Shown here: positions 9,170 through 24,100 of the stretch, one piece after another
Position numbering within the stretch: position 1 is the stretch's first letter
Layout of the letters: the number at the start of each line of letters is the position of its first letter
Assembly (NCBI GenBank): GCA_002189035.1
Contig: NEEC01000415.1
Location: forward strand, 1 to 24,262
Direction of reading: 5' to 3'
From: Utricularia gibba
Lineage: Eukaryota; Plantae; Magnoliophyta
Length of the DNA: 24,262 nt
Translations under genes and position numbers: made by a program
The notes under the pieces: model-generated
What the model was told of the DNA's origin: nothing
Databases searched by the model: none
Seen by the model: only the letters and a program-made list of their open reading frames with translations

Positions 9170-12100
9170 GTGCCCCCCAAGACCGCCTCCTCAAGTATAA
9201 AGTAAGTTGTTGAAAAAATCATGTGGGGTGCACGTGACATCTTACTTTAAACAAATGCATCATTATTTTCGTCGACTCGCACCCGGTTGGGCTCATGAGC
9301 CGGACCGAACGCAGCGCCGGACCAAGTGCCCAGTGAGAGTGGCCGACACAAAACGAGAAGTTGTTCCTTGAAAAACCTTGTAGGAAGCCCCTGAAAACCG
9401 AACGTTAATAAGTGCATCGCTTTAGTTGCCAGGCTACAACTAACTTTCGGCCCTAACCCAACCTGACCTTTGTCCCGTTCTAGGTGCCCCCAAGACCGCC
9501 TCCTCAAGTATAAAGTAAGTTGTTGAAAAAATCATGTGGGGTGCACGTGACATCTTACTTTAAACAAATGCATCATTATTTTCGTCGACTCGCACCCGGT
9601 TGGGCTCATGAGCCGGACCGAACGCAGCGCCGGACCAAGTGCCCAGTGAGAGTGGCCGACACAAAACGAGAAGTTGTTCCTTGAAAAACCTTGTAGGAAG
9701 CCCCTGAAAACCGAACGTTAATAAGTGCATCGCTTTAGTTGCCAGGCTACAACTAACTTTCGGCCCTAACCCAACCTGACCTTTGTCCCGTTCTAGGTGC
9801 CCCCCAAGACCGCCTCCTCAAGTATAAAGTAAGTTGTTGAAAAAATCATGTGGGGTGCACGTGACATCTTACTTTAAACAAATGCATCATTATTTTCGTC
9901 GACTCGCACCCGGTTGGGCTCATGAGCCGGACCGAACGCAGCGCCGGACCAAGTGCCCAGTGAGAGTGGCCGACACAAAACGAGAAGTTGTTCCTTGAAA
10001 AACCTTGTAGGAAGCCCCTGAAAACCGAACGTTAATAAGTGCATCGCTTTAGTTGCCAGGCTACAACTAACTTTCGGCCCTAACCCAACCTGACCTTTGT
10101 CCCGTTCTAGGTGCCCCCAAGACCGCCTCCTCAAGTATAAAGTAAGTTGTTGAAAAAATCATGTGGGGTGCACGTGACATCTTACTTTAAACAAATGCAT
10201 CATTATTTTCGTCGACTCGCACCCGGTTGGGCTCATGAGCCGGACCGAACGCAGCGCCGGACCAAGTGCCCAGTGAGAGTGGCCGACACAAAACGAGAAG
10301 TTGTTCCTTGAAAAACCTTGTAGGAAGCCCCTGAAAACCGAACGTTAATAAGTGCATCGCTTTAGTTGCCAGGCTACAACTAACTTTCGGCCCTAACCCA
10401 ACCTGACCTTTGTCCCGTTCTAGGTGCCCCCCAAGACCGCCTCCTCAAGTATAAAGTAAGTTGTTGAAAAAATCATGTGGGGTGCACGTGACATCTTACT
10501 TTAAACAAATGCATCATTATTTTCGTCGACTCGCACCCGGTTGGGCTCATGAGCCGGACCGAACGCAGCGCCGGACCAAGTGCCCAGTGAGAGTGGCCGA
10601 CACAAAACGAGAAGTTGTTCCTTGAAAAACCTTGTAGGAAGCCCCTGAAAACCGAACGTTAATAAGTGCATCGCTTTAGTTGCCAGGCTACAACTAACTT
10701 TCGGCCCTAACCCAACCTGACCTTTGTCCCCTTCTAGGTGCCCCCAAGACCGCCTCCTCAAGTATAAAGTAAGTTGTTGAAAAAATCATGTGGGGTGCAC
10801 GTGACATCTTACTTTAAACAAATGCATCATTATTTTCGTCGACTCGCACCCGGTTGGGCTCATGAGCCGGACCGAACGCAGCGCCGGACCAAGTGCCCAG
10901 TGAGAGTGGCCGACACAAAACGAGAAGTTGTTCCTTGAAAAACCTTGTAGGAAGCCCCTGAAAACCGAACGTTAATAAGTGCATCGCTTTAGTTGCCAGG
11001 CTACAACTAACTTTCGGCCCTAACCCAACCTGACCTTTGTCCCTTCTAGGTGCCCCCAAGACCGCCTCCTCAAGTATAAAGTAAGTTGTTGAAAAAATCA
11101 TGTGGGTGCACGTGACATCTTACTTTAAACAAATGCATCATTATTTTCGTCGACTCGCACCCGGTTGGGCTCATGAGCCGGACCGAACGCAGCGCCGGAC
11201 CAAGTGCCCAGTGAGAGTGGCCGACACAAAACGAGAAGTTGTTCCTTGAAAAACCTTGTAGGAAGCCCCTGAAAACCGAACGTTAATAAGTGCATCGCTT
11301 TAGTTGCCAGGCTACAACTAACTTTCGGCCCTAACCCAACCTGACCTTTGTCCCGTTCTAGGTGCCCCCAAGACCGCCTCCTCAAGTATAAAGTAAGTTG
11401 TTGAAAAATCATGTGGGGTGCACGTGACATCTTACTTTAAACAAATGCATCATTATTTTCGTCGACTCGCACCCGGTTGGGCTCATGAGCCGGACGAACG
11501 CAGCGCCGGACCAAGTGCCCAGTGAGAGTGGCCGACACAAAACGAGAAGTTGTTCCTTGAAAAACCTTGTAGGAAGCCCTGAAAACCGAACGTTAATAAG
11601 TGCATCGCTTTAGTTGCCAGGCTACAACTAACTTTCGGCCCTAACCCAACCTGACCTTTGTCCCGTTCTAGGTGCCCCCCAAGACCGCCTCCTCAAGTAT
11701 AAAGTAAGTTGTTGAAAAAATCATGTGGGGTGCACGTGACATCTTACTTTAAACAAATGCATCATTATTTTCGTCGACTCGCACCCGGTTGGGCTCATGA
11801 GCCGGACGAACGCAGCGCCGGACCAAGTGCCCAGTGAGAGTGGCCGACACAAAACGAGAAGTTGTTCCTTGAAAAACCTTGTAGGAAGCCCCTGAAAACC
11901 GAACGTTAATAAGTGCATCGCTTTAGTTGCCAGGCTACAACTAACTTTCGGCCCTAACCCAACCTGACCTTTGTCCCGTTCTAGGTGCCCCCCAAGACCG
12001 CCTCCTCAAGTATAAAGTAAGTTGTTGAAAAAATCATGTGGGTGCACGTGACATCTTACTTTAAACAAATGCATCATTATTTTCGTCGACTCGCACCCGG

Positions 12101-15100
12101 TTGGGCTCATGAGCCGGACCCGAACGCAGCGCCGGACCAAGTGCCCAGTGAGAGTGGCCGACACAAAACGAGAAGTTGTTCCTTGAAAAACCTTGTAGGA
12201 AGCCCCTGAAAACCGAACGTTAATAAGTGCATCGCTTTAGTTGCCAGGCTACAACTAACTTTCGGCCCTAACCCAACCTGACCTTTGTCCCGTTCTAGGT
12301 GCCCCCAAGACCGCCTCCTCAAGTATAAAGTAAGTTGTTGAAAAAATCATGTGGGGTGCACGTGACATCTTACTTTAAACAAATGCATCATTATTTTCGT
12401 CGACTCGCACCGGTTGGGCTCATGAGCCGGACCGAACGCAGCGCCGGACCAAGTGCCCAGTGAGAGTGGCCGACACAAAACGAGAAGTTGTTCCTTGAAA
12501 AACTTGTAGGAAGCCCCTGAAAACCGAACGTTAATAAGTGCATCGCTTTAGTTGCCAGGCTACAACTAACTTTCGGCCCTAACCCAACCTGACCTTTGTC
12601 CCGTTCTAGGTGCCCCCCAAGACCGCCTCCTCAAGTATAAAGTAAGTTGTTGAAAAAATCATGTGGGTGCACGTGACATCTTACTTTAAACAAATGCATC
12701 ATTATTTTCGTCGACTCGCACCCGGTTGGGCTCATGAGCCGGACCGAACGCAGCGCCGGACCAAGTGCCCAGTGAGAGTGGCCGACACAAAACGAGAAGT
12801 TGTTCCTTGAAAAACCTTGTAGGAAGCCCCTGAAAACCGAACGTTAAAAGTGCATCGCTTTAGTTGCCAGGCTACAACTAACTTTCGGCCCTAACCCAAC
12901 CTGACCTTTGTCCCGTTCTAGGTGCCCCCCAAGACCGCCTCCTCAAGTATAAAGTAAGTTGTTGAAAAAATCATGTGGGGTGCACGTGACATCTTACTTT
13001 AAACAAATGCATCATTATTTTCGTCGACTCGCACCCGGTTGGGCTCATGAGCCGGACCGAACGCAGCGCCGGACCAAGTGCCCAGTGAGAGTGGCCGACA
13101 CAAAACGAGAAGTTGTTCCTTGAAAAACCTTGTAGGAAGCCCCTGAAAACCGAACGTTAATAAGTGCATCGCTTTAGTTGCCAGGCTACAACTAACTTTC
13201 GGCCCTAACCCAACCTGACCTTTGTCCCGTTCTAGGTGCCCCCCAAGACCGCCTCCTCAAGTATAAAGTAAGTTGTTGAAAAAATCATGTGGGGTGCACG
13301 TGACATCTTACTTTAAACAAATGCATCATTATTTTCGTCGACTCGCACCCGGTTGGGCTCATGAGCCGGACCGAACGCAGCGCCGGACCAAGTGCCCAGT
13401 GAGAGTGGCCGACACAAAACGAGAAGTTGTTCCTTGAAAAACCTTGTAGGAAGCCCCTGAAAACCGAACGTTAATAAGTGCATCGCTTTAGTTGCCAGGC
13501 TACAACTAACTTTCGGCCCTAACCCAACCTGACCTTTGTCCCGTTCTAGGTGCCCCCAAGACCGCCTCCTCAAGTATAAAGTAAGTTGTTGAAAAAATCA
13601 TGTGGGGTGCACGTGACATCTTACTTTAAACAAATGCATCATTATTTTCGTCGACTCGCACCCGGTTGGGCTCATGAGCCGGACCGAACGCAGCGCCGGA
13701 CCAAGTGCCCAGTGAGAGTGGCCGACAAAAACGAGAAGTTGTTCCTTGAAAAACCTTGTAGGAAGCCCCTGAAAACCGAACGTTAATAAGTGCATCGCTT
13801 TAGTTGCCAGGCTACAACTAACTTTCGGCCCTAACCCAACCTGACCTTTGTCCCCTTCTAGGTGCCCCCAAGACCGCCTCCTCAAGTATAAAGTAAGTTG
13901 TTGAAAAAATCATGTGGGTGCACGTGACATCTTACTTTAAACAAATGCATCATTATTTTCGTCGACTCGCACCCGGTTGGGCTCATGAGCCGGACCGAAC
14001 GCAGCGCCGGACCAAGTGCCCAGTGAGAGTGGCCGACACAAAACGAGAAGTTGTTCCTTGAAAAACCTTGTAGGAAGCCCCTGAAAACCGAACGTTAATA
14101 AGTGCATCGCTTTAGTTGCCAGGCTACAACTAACTTTCGGCCCTAACCCAACCTGACCTTTGTCCCGTTCTAGGTGCCCCCAAGACCGCCTCCTCAAGTA
14201 TAAAGTAAGTTGTTGAAAAAATCATGTGGGGTGCACGTGACATCTTACTTTAAACAAATGCATCATTATTTTCGTCGACTCGCACCCGGTTGGGCTCATG
14301 AGCCGGACCGAACGCAGCGCCGGACCAAGTGCCCAGTGAGAGTGGCCGACACAAAACGAGAAGTTGTTCCTTGAAAAACCTTGTAGGAAGCCCCTGAAAA
14401 CCGAACGTTAATAAGTGCATCGCTTTAGTTGCCAGGCTACAACTAACTTTCGGCCCTAACCCAACCTGACCTTTGTCCCGTTCTAGGTGCCCCCCAAGAC
14501 CGCCTCCTCAAGTATAAAGTAAGTTGTTGAAAAAATCATGTGGGGTGCACGTGACATCTTACTTTAAACAAATGCATCATTATTTTCGTCGACTCGCACC
14601 CGGTTGGGCTCATGAGCCGGACCGAACGCAGCGCCGGACCAAGTGCCCAGTGAGAGTGGCCGACACAAAACGAGAAGTTGTTCCTTGAAAAACCTTGTAG
14701 GAAGCCCCTGAAAACCGAACGTTAATAAGTGCATCGCTTTAGTTGCCAGGCTACAACTAACTTTCGGCCCTAACCCAACCTGACCTTTGTCCCGTTCTAG
14801 GTGCCCCCCAAGACCGCCTCCTCAAGTATAAAGTAAGTTGTTGAAAAAATCATGTGGGGTGCACGTGACATCTTACTTTAAACAAATGCATCATTATTTT
14901 CGTCGACTCGCACCCGGTTGGGCTCATGAGCCGGACCGAACGCAGCGCCGACCAAGTGCCCAGTGAGAGTGGCCGACACAAAACGAGAAGTTGTTCCTTG
15001 AAAAAACCTTGTAGGAAGCCCCTGAAAACCGAACGTTAATAAGTGCATCGCTTTAGTTGCCAGGCTACAACTAACTTTCGGCCCTAACCCAACCTGACCT

Positions 15101-18100
15101 TGTCCCTTCTAGGTGCCCCCCAAGACCGCCTCCTCAAGTATAAAGTAAGTTGTTGAAAAAATCATGTGGGGTGCACGTGACATCTTACTTTAAACAAATG
15201 CATCATTATTTTCGTCGACTCGCACCGGTTGGGCTCATGAGCCGGACCGAACGCAGCGCCGGACCAAGTGCCCAGAGAGTGGCCGACACAAAACGAGAAG
15301 TTGTTCCTTGAAAAACCTTGTAGGAAGCCCCTGAAAACCGAACGTTAATAAGTGCATCGCTTTAGTTGCCAGGCTACAACTAACTTTCGGCCCTAACCCA
15401 ACCTGACCTTTGTCCCCTTCTAGGTGCCCCCCAAGACCGCCTCCTCAAGTATAAAGTAAGTTGTTGAAAAAATCATGTGGGTGCACGTGACATCTTACTT
15501 TAAACAAATGCATCATTATTTTCGTCGACTCGCACCCGGTTGGGCTCATGAGCCGGACCGAACGCAGCGCCGGACCAAGTGCCCAGTGAGAGTGGCCGAC
15601 CAAAACGAGAAGTTGTTCCTTGAAAAACCTTGTAGGAAGCCCCTGAAAACCGAACGTTAATAAGTGCATCTTTAGTTGCCAGGCTACAACTAACTTTCGG
15701 CCCTAACCCAACCTGACCTTTGTCCCGTTCTAGGTGCCCCCAAGACCGCCTCCTCAAGTATAAAGTAAGTTGTTGAAAAAATCATGTGGGGTGCACGTGA
15801 CATCTTACTTTAAACAAATGCATCATTATTTTCGTCGACTCGCACCGGTTGGGCTCATGAGCCGGACCGAACGCAGCGCCGGACCAAGTGCCCAGTGAGA
15901 GTGGCCGACACAAAACGAGAAGTTGTTCCTTGAAAAACCTTGTAGGAAGCCCCTGAAAACCGAACGTTAATAAGTGCATCGCTTTAGTTGCCAGGCTACA
16001 ACTAACTTTCGGCCCTAACCCAACCTGACCTTTGTCCCGTTCTAGGTGCCCCCAAGACCGCCTCCTCAAGTATAAAGTAAGTTGTTGAAAAAATCATGTG
16101 GGGTGCACGTGACATCTTACTTTAAACAAATGCATCATTATTTTCGTCGACTCGCACCCGGTTGGGCTCATGAGCCGGACCGAACGCAGCGCCGGACCAA
16201 GTGCCCAGTGAGAGTGGCCGACACAAAACGAGAAGTTGTTCCTTGAAAAACCTTGTAGGAAGCCCCTGAAAACCGAACGTTAATAAGTGCATCGCTTTAG
16301 TTGCCAGGCTACAACTAACTTTCGGCCCTAACCCAACCTGACCTTTGTCCCGTTCTAGGTGCCCCCCAAGACCGCCTCCTCAAGTATAAAGTAAGTTGTT
16401 GAAAAAATCATGTGGGGTGCACGTGACATCTTACTTTAAACAAATGCATCATTATTTTCGTCGACTCGCACCGGTTGGGCTCATGAGCCGGACCGAACGC
16501 AGCGCCGGACCAAGTGCCCAGTGAGAGTGGCCGACACAAAACGAGAAGTTGTTCCTTGAAAAACCTTGTAGGAAGCCCCTGAAAAACCGAACGTTAATAA
16601 GTGCATCGCTTTAGTTGCCAGGCTACAACTAACTTTCGGCCCTAACCCAACCTGACCTTTGTCCCGTTCTAGGTGCCCCCCAAGACCGCCTCCTCAAGTA
16701 TAAAGTAAGTTGTTGAAAAAATCATGTGGGTGCACGTGACATCTTACTTTAAACAAATGCATCATTATTTTCGTCGACTCGCACCCGGTTGGGCTCATGA
16801 GCCGGACCGAACGCAGCGCCGGACCAAGTGCCCAGTGAGAGTGGCCGACACAAAACGAGAAGTTGTTCCTTGAAAAACCTTGTAGGAAGCCCCTGAAAAC
16901 CGAACGTTAATAAGTGCATCGCTTTAGTTGCCAGGCTACAACTAACTTTCGGCCCTAACCCAACCTGACCTTTGTCCCGTTCTAGGTGCCCCCAAGACCG
17001 CCTCCTCAAGTATAAAGTAAGTTGTTGAAAAAATCATGTGGGGTGCACGTGACATCTTACTTTAAACAAATGCATCATTATTTTCGTCGACTCGCACCCG
17101 GTTGGGCTCATGAGCCGGACCGAACGCAGCGCCGGACCAAGTGCCCAGTGAGAGTGGCCGACACAAAACGAGAAGTTGTTCCTTGAAAAACCTTGTAGGA
17201 AGCCCCTGAAAAACCGAACGTTAATAAGTGCATCGCTTTAGTTGCCAGGCTACAACTAACTTTCGGCCCTAACCCAACCTGACCTTTGTCCCGTTCTAGG
17301 TGCCCCCAAGACCGCCTCCTCAAGTATAAAGTAAGTTGTTGAAAAAATCATGTGGGGTGCACGTGACATCTTACTTTAAACAAATGCATCATTATTTTCG
17401 TCGACTCGCACCCGGTTGGGCTCATGAGCCGGACCGAACGCAGCGCCGGACCAAGTGCCCAGTGAGAGTGGCCGACACAAAACGAGAAGTTGTTCCTTGA
17501 AAAACCTTGTAGGAAGCCCCTGAAAACCGAACGTTAATAAGTGCATCGCTTTAGTTGCCAGGCTACAACTAACTTTCGGCCCTAACCCAACCTGACCTTT
17601 GTCCCGTTCTAGGTGCCCCCCAAGACCGCCTCCTCAAGTATAAAGTAAGTTGTTGAAAAAATCATGTGGGGTGCACGTGACATCTTACTTTAAACAAATG
17701 CATCATTATTTTCGTCGACTCGCACCCGGTTGGGCTCATGAGCCGGACCGAACGCAGCGCCGGACCAAGTGCCCAGTGAGAGTGGCCGACACAAAACGAG
17801 AAGTTGTTCCTTGAAAAACCTTGTAGGAAGCCCCTGAAAACCGAACGTTAATAAGTGCATCGCTTTAGTTGCCAGGCTACAACTAACTTTCGGCCCTAAC
17901 CCAACCTGACCTTTGTCCCGTTCTAGGTGCCCCCAAGACCGCCTCCTCAAGTATATAAAGTAAGTTGTTGAAAAAATCATGTGGGGTGCACGTGACATCT
18001 TACTTTAAACAAATGCATCATTATTTTCGTCGACTCGCACCGGTTGGGCTCATGAGCCGGACCGAACGCAGCGCCGGACCAAGTGCCCAGTGAGAGTGGC

Positions 18101-21100
18101 CGACACAAAACGAGAAGTTGTTCCTTGAAAAACTTGTAGGAAGCCCCTGAAAACCGAACGTTAATAAGTGCATCGCTTTAGTTGCCAGGCTACAACTAAC
18201 TTTCGGCCCTAACCCAACCTTTCCCGTTCTAGGTGCCCCCCAAGACCGCCTCCTCAAGTATAAAGTAAGTTGTTGAAAAAATCATGTGGGGTGCACGTGA
18301 CATCTTTTAAACAAATGCATCATTATTTTCGTCGACTCGCACCGGTTGGGCTCATGAGCCGGACCGAACGCAGCGCCGGACCAAGTGCCCAGTGAGAGTG
18401 GCCGACACAAAACGAGAAGTTGTTCCTTGAAAAACCTTGTAGGAAGCCCCTGAAAACCGAACGTTAATAAGTGCATCGCTTTAGTTGCCAGGCTACAACT
18501 AACTTTCGGCCCTAACCCAACCTGACCTTTGTCCCGTTCTAGGTGCCCCCCAAGACCGCCTCCTCAAGTATAAAGTAAGTTGTTGAAAAAATCATGTGGG
18601 GTGCACGTGACATCTTACTTTAAACAAATGCATCATTATTTTCGTCGACTCGCACCGGTTGGGCTCATGAGCCGGACCGAACGCAGCGCCGGACCAAGTG
18701 CCCAGTGAGAGTGGCCGACACAAAACGAGAAGTTGTTCCTTGAAAAACCTTGTAGGAAGCCCTGAAAACCGAACGTTAATAAGTGCATCGCTTTAGTTGC
18801 CAGGCTACAACTAACTTTCGGCCCTAACCCAACCTGACCTTTGTCCCGTTCTAGGTGCCCCCCAAGACCGCCTCCTCAAGTATAAAGTAAGTTGTTGAAA
18901 AAATCATGGGGTGCACGTGACATCTTACTTTAAACAAATGCATCATTATTTTCGTCGACTCGCACCGGTTGGGCTCATGAGCCGGACCGAACGCAGCGCC
19001 GGACCAAGTGCCCAGTGAGAGTGGCCGACACAAAACGAGAAGTTGTTCCTTGAAAAACCTTGTAGGAAGCCCCTGAAAACCGAACGTTAATAAGTGCATC
19101 GCTTTAGTTGCCAGGCTACAACTAACTTTCGGCCCTAACCCAACCTGACCTTTGTCCCGTTCTAGGTGCCCCCAAGACCGCCTCCTCAAGTATAAAGTAA
19201 GTTGTTGAAAAAATCATGTGGGGTGCACGTGACATCTTACTTTAAACAAATGCATCATTATTTTCGTCGACTCGCACCGGTTGGGCTCATGAGCCGGACC
19301 GAACGCAGCGCCGGACCAAGTGCCCAGTGAGAGTGGCCGACACAAAACGAGAAGTTGTTCCTTGAAAAACCTTGTAGGAAGCCCCTGAAAACCGAACGTT
19401 AATAAGTGCATCGCTTTAGTTGCCAGGCTACAACTAACTTTCGGCCCTAACCCAACCTGACCTTTGTCCCTTCTAGGTGCCCCCCAAGACGCCTCCTCAA
19501 GTATAAAGTAAGTTGTTGAAAAAATCATGTGGGGTGCACGTGACATCTTACTTTAAACAAATGCATCATTATTTTCGTCGACTCGCACCCGGTTGGGCTC
19601 ATGAGCCGGACCGAACGCAGCGCCGGACCAAGTGCCCAGTGAGAGTGGCCGACACAAAACGAGAAGTTGTTCCTTGAAAAACCTTGTAGGAAGCCCCTGA
19701 AAACCGAACGTTAATAAGTGCATCGCTTTAGTTGCCAGGCTACAACTAACTTTCGGCCCTAACCCAACCTGACCTTTGTCCCGTTCTAGGTGCCCCCAAG
19801 ACCGCCTCCTCAAGTATAAAGTAAGTTGTTGAAAAAATCATGTGGGGTGCACGTGACATCTTACTTTAAACAAATGCATCATTATTTTCGTCGACTCGCA
19901 CCCGGTTGGGCTCATGAGCCGGACCGAACGCAGCGCCGGACCAAGTGCCCAGTGAGAGTGGCCGACAAAAACGAGAAGTTGTTCCTTGAAAAACCTTGTA
20001 GGAAGCCCCTGAAAACCGAACGTTAATAAGTGCATCGCTTTAGTTGCCAGGCTACAACTAACTTTCGGCCTAACCCAACCTGACCTTTGTCCCGTTCTAG
20101 GTGCCCCCAAGACCGCCTCCTCAAGTATAAAGTAAGTTGTTGAAAAAATCATGTGGGGTGCACGTGACATCTTACTTTAAACAAATGCATCATTATTTTC
20201 GTCGACTCGCACCCGGTTGGGCTCATGAGCCGGACCGAACGCAGCGCCGGACCAAGTGCCAGTGAGAGTGGCCGACACAAAACGAGAAGTTGTTCCTTGA
20301 AAAACCTTGTAGGAAGCCCCTGAAAACCGAACGTTAATAAGTGCATCGCTTTAGTTGCCAGGCTACAACTAACTTTCGGCCCTAACCCAACCTGACTTTG
20401 TCCCGTTCTAGGTGCCCCCAAGACCGCCTCCTCAAGTATAAAGTAAGTTGTTGAAAAAATCATGTGGGGTGCACGTGACATCTTACTTTAAACAAATGCA
20501 TCATTATTTTCGTCGACTCGCACCCGGTTGGGCTCATGAGCCGGACCGAACGCAGCGCCGGACCAAGTGCCCAGTGAGAGTGGCCGACACAAAACGAGAA
20601 GTTGTTCCTTGAAAAACCTTGTAGGAAGCCCCTGAAAACCGAACGTTAATAAGTGCATCGCTTTAGTTGCCAGGCTACAACTAACTTTCGGCCCTAACCC
20701 AACCTGACCTTTGTCCCGTTCTAGGTGCCCCCAAAGACCGCCTCCTCAAGTATAAAGTAAGTTGTTGAAAAAATCATGTGGGGTGCACGTGACATCTTAC
20801 TTTAAACAAATGCATCATTATTTTCGTCGACTCGCACCCGGTTGGGCTCATGAGCCGGACGAACGCGCAGCGCCGGACCAAGTGCCCAGTGAGAGTGGCC
20901 GACACAAAACGAGAAGTTGTTCCTTGAAAAACCTTGTAGGAAGCCCCTGAAAACCGAACGTTAATAAGTGCATCGCTTTAGTTGCCAGGCTACAACTAAC
21001 TTTCGGCCCTAACCCAACCTGACCTTTGTCCCGTTCTAGGTGCCCCCAAGACCGCCTCCTCAAGTATAAAGTAAGTTGTTGAAAAAATCATGTGGGGTGC

Positions 21101-24100
21101 ACGTGACATCTTACTTTAAACAAATGCATCATTATTTTCGTCGACTCGCACCGGTTGGGCTCATGAGCCGGACCGAACGCAGCGCCGGACCAAGTGCCCA
21201 GTGAGAGTGGCCGACACAAAACGAGAAGTTGTTCCTTGAAAAACCTTGTAGGAAGCCCTGAAAACCGAACGTTAATAAGTGCATCGCTTTAGTTGCCAGG
21301 CTACAACTAACTTTCGGCCCTAACCCAACCTGACCTTTGTCCCGTTCTAGGTGCCCCCAAGACCGCCTCCTCAAGTATAAAGTAAGTTGTTGAAAAAATC
21401 ATGTGTGACATCTTACTTTAAACAAATGCATCATTATTTTCGTCGACTCGCACCCGGTTGGCTCACCGGACCGAACGCAGCGCCGGACCAAGCCCAGTGA
21501 GTGGCCGACACAAAACGAGAAGTTGTTCCTTGAAAAACCTTGTAGGAAGCCCCTGAAAACCGAACGTTAATAAGTGCATCGCTTTAGTTGCCAGGCTACA
21601 ACTAACTTTCGGCCCTAACCCAACCTGACCTTTGTCCTTTCTAGGTGCCCCCAAGACCGCCTCCTCAAGTATAAAGTAAGTTGTTGAAAAAATCATGTGG
21701 GGTGCACGTGACATCTTACTTTAAACAAATGCATCATTATTTTCGTCGACTCGCACCCGGTTGGGCTCATGAGCCGGACGAACGCAGCGCCGGACCAAGT
21801 GCCCAGTGAGAGTGGCCGACACAAAACGAGAAGTTGTTCCTTGAAAAACCTTGTAGGAAGCCCCTGAAAACCGAACGTTAATAAGTGCATCGCTTTAGTT
21901 GCCAGGCTACAACTAACTTTCGGCCCTAACCCAACCTGACCTTTGTCCCGTTCTAGGTGCCCCCAAGACCGCCTCCTCAAGTATAAAGTAAGTTGTTGAA
22001 AAAATCATGTGGGTGCACGTGACATCTTACTTTAAACAAATGCATCATTATTTTCGTCGACTCGCACCCGGTTGGGCTCATGAGCCGGACCGAACGCAGC
22101 GCCGGACCAAGTGCCCAGTGAGAGTGGCCGACACAAAACGAGAAGTTGTTCCTTGAAAAACCTTGTAGGAAGCCCCTGAAAACCGAACGTTAATAAGTGC
22201 ATCGCTTTAGTTGCCAGGCTACAACTAACTTTCGGCCCTAACCAACCTGACCTTTGTCCCGTTCTAGGTGCCCCAAGACCGCCTCCTCAAGTATAAAGTA
22301 AGTTGTTGAAAAAATCATGTGGGGTGCACGTGACATCTTACTTTAAACAAATGCATCATTATTTTCGTCGACTCGCACCCGGTTGGGCTCATGAGCCGGA
22401 CCGAACGCAGCGCCGGACCAAGTGCCCAGTGAGAGTGGCCGACACAAAACGAGAAGTTGTTCCTTGAAAAACCTTGTAGGAAGCCCTGAAAACCGAACGT
22501 TAATAAGTGCATCGCTTTAGTTGCCAGGCTACAACTAACTTTCGGCCCTAACCCAACCTGACCTTTGTCCCGTTCTAGGTGCCCCCCAAGACCGCCTCCT
22601 CAAGTATAAAGTAAGTTGTTGAAAAAATCATGTGGGGTGCACGTGACATCTTACTTTAAACAAATGCATCATTATTTTCGTCGACTCGCACCCGGGTTGG
22701 GCTCATGAGCCGGACGAACGCAGCGCCGGACCAAGTGCCCAGTGAGAGTGGCCGACACAAAACGAGAAGTTGTTCCTTGAAAAACCTTGTAGGAAGCCCC
22801 TGAAAACCGAACGTTAATAAGTGCATCGCTTTAGTTGCCAGGCTACAACTAACTTTCGGCCCTAACCCAACCTGACCTTTGTCCCTTCTAGGTGCCCCCC
22901 AAGACCGCCTCCTCAAGTATAAAGTAAGTTGTTGAAAAAATCATGTGGGGTGCACGTGACATCTTACTTTAAACAAATGCATCATTATTTTCGTCGACTC
23001 GCACCCGGTTGGGCTCATGAGCCGGACCGAACGCAGCGCCGGACCAAGTGCCCAGTGAGAGTGGCCGACACAAAACTTGTTCCTTGAAAAACCTTGTAGG
23101 AAGCCCCTGAAAACCGAACGTTAATAAGTGCATCGCTTTAGTTGCCAGGCTACAACTAACTTTCGGCCCTAACCCAACCTGACCTTTGTCCCGTTCTAGG
23201 TGCCCCCAAGACCGCCTCCTCAAGTATAAAGTAAGTTGTTGAAAAAATCATGTGGGGTGCACGTGACATCTTACTTTAAACAAATGCATCATTATTTCGT
23301 CGACTCGCACCCGGTTGGGCTCATGAGCCGGACCGAACGCAGCGCCGGACCAAGTGCCCAGTGAGAGTGGCCGACACAAAACGAGAAGTTGTTCCTTGAA
23401 AAACCTTGTAGGAAGCCCCTGAAAACCGAACGTTAATAAGTGCATCGCTTTAGTTGCCAGGCTACAACTAACTTCGCCCTAACCCAACCTGACCTTTGTC
23501 CCCTTCTAGGTGCCCCCCAAACCGCCTCCTCAAGTATAAAGTAAGTTGTTGAAAAAATCATGTGGGGTGCACGTGACATCTTACTTTAAACAAATGCATC
23601 ATTATTTTCGTCGACTCGCACCCGGTTGGGCTCATGAGCCGGACCGAACGCAGCGCCGGACCAAGTGCCCAGTGAGAGTGGCCGACACAAAACGAGAAGT
23701 TGTTCCTTGAAAAACCTTGTAGGAAGCCCCTGAAAACCGAACGTTAATAAGTGCATCGCTTTAGTTGCCAGGCTACAACTAACTTTCGGCCCTAACCCAA
23801 CCTGACCTTTGTCCCGTTCTAGGTGCCCCCCAAGACCGCCTCCTCAAGTATAAAGTAAGTTGTTGAAAAAATCATGTGGGGTGCACGTGACATCTTACTT
23901 TAAACAAATGCATCATTATTTTCGTCGACTCGCACCCGGTTGGGCTCATGAGCCGGACCGAACGCAGCGCCGGACCAAGTGCCCAGTGAGAGTGGCCGAC
24001 ACAAAACGAGAAGTTGTTCCTTGAAAAAACCTTGTAGGAAGCCCCTGAAAACCGAACGTTAATAAGTGCATCGCTTTAGTTGCCAGCTACAACTAACTTT

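Noticed and set aside
9170-10737. Apparent 627-bp higher-order repeat
   Set aside because: It rests only on C6/C5 alternation over a few copies and is not maintained elsewhere.
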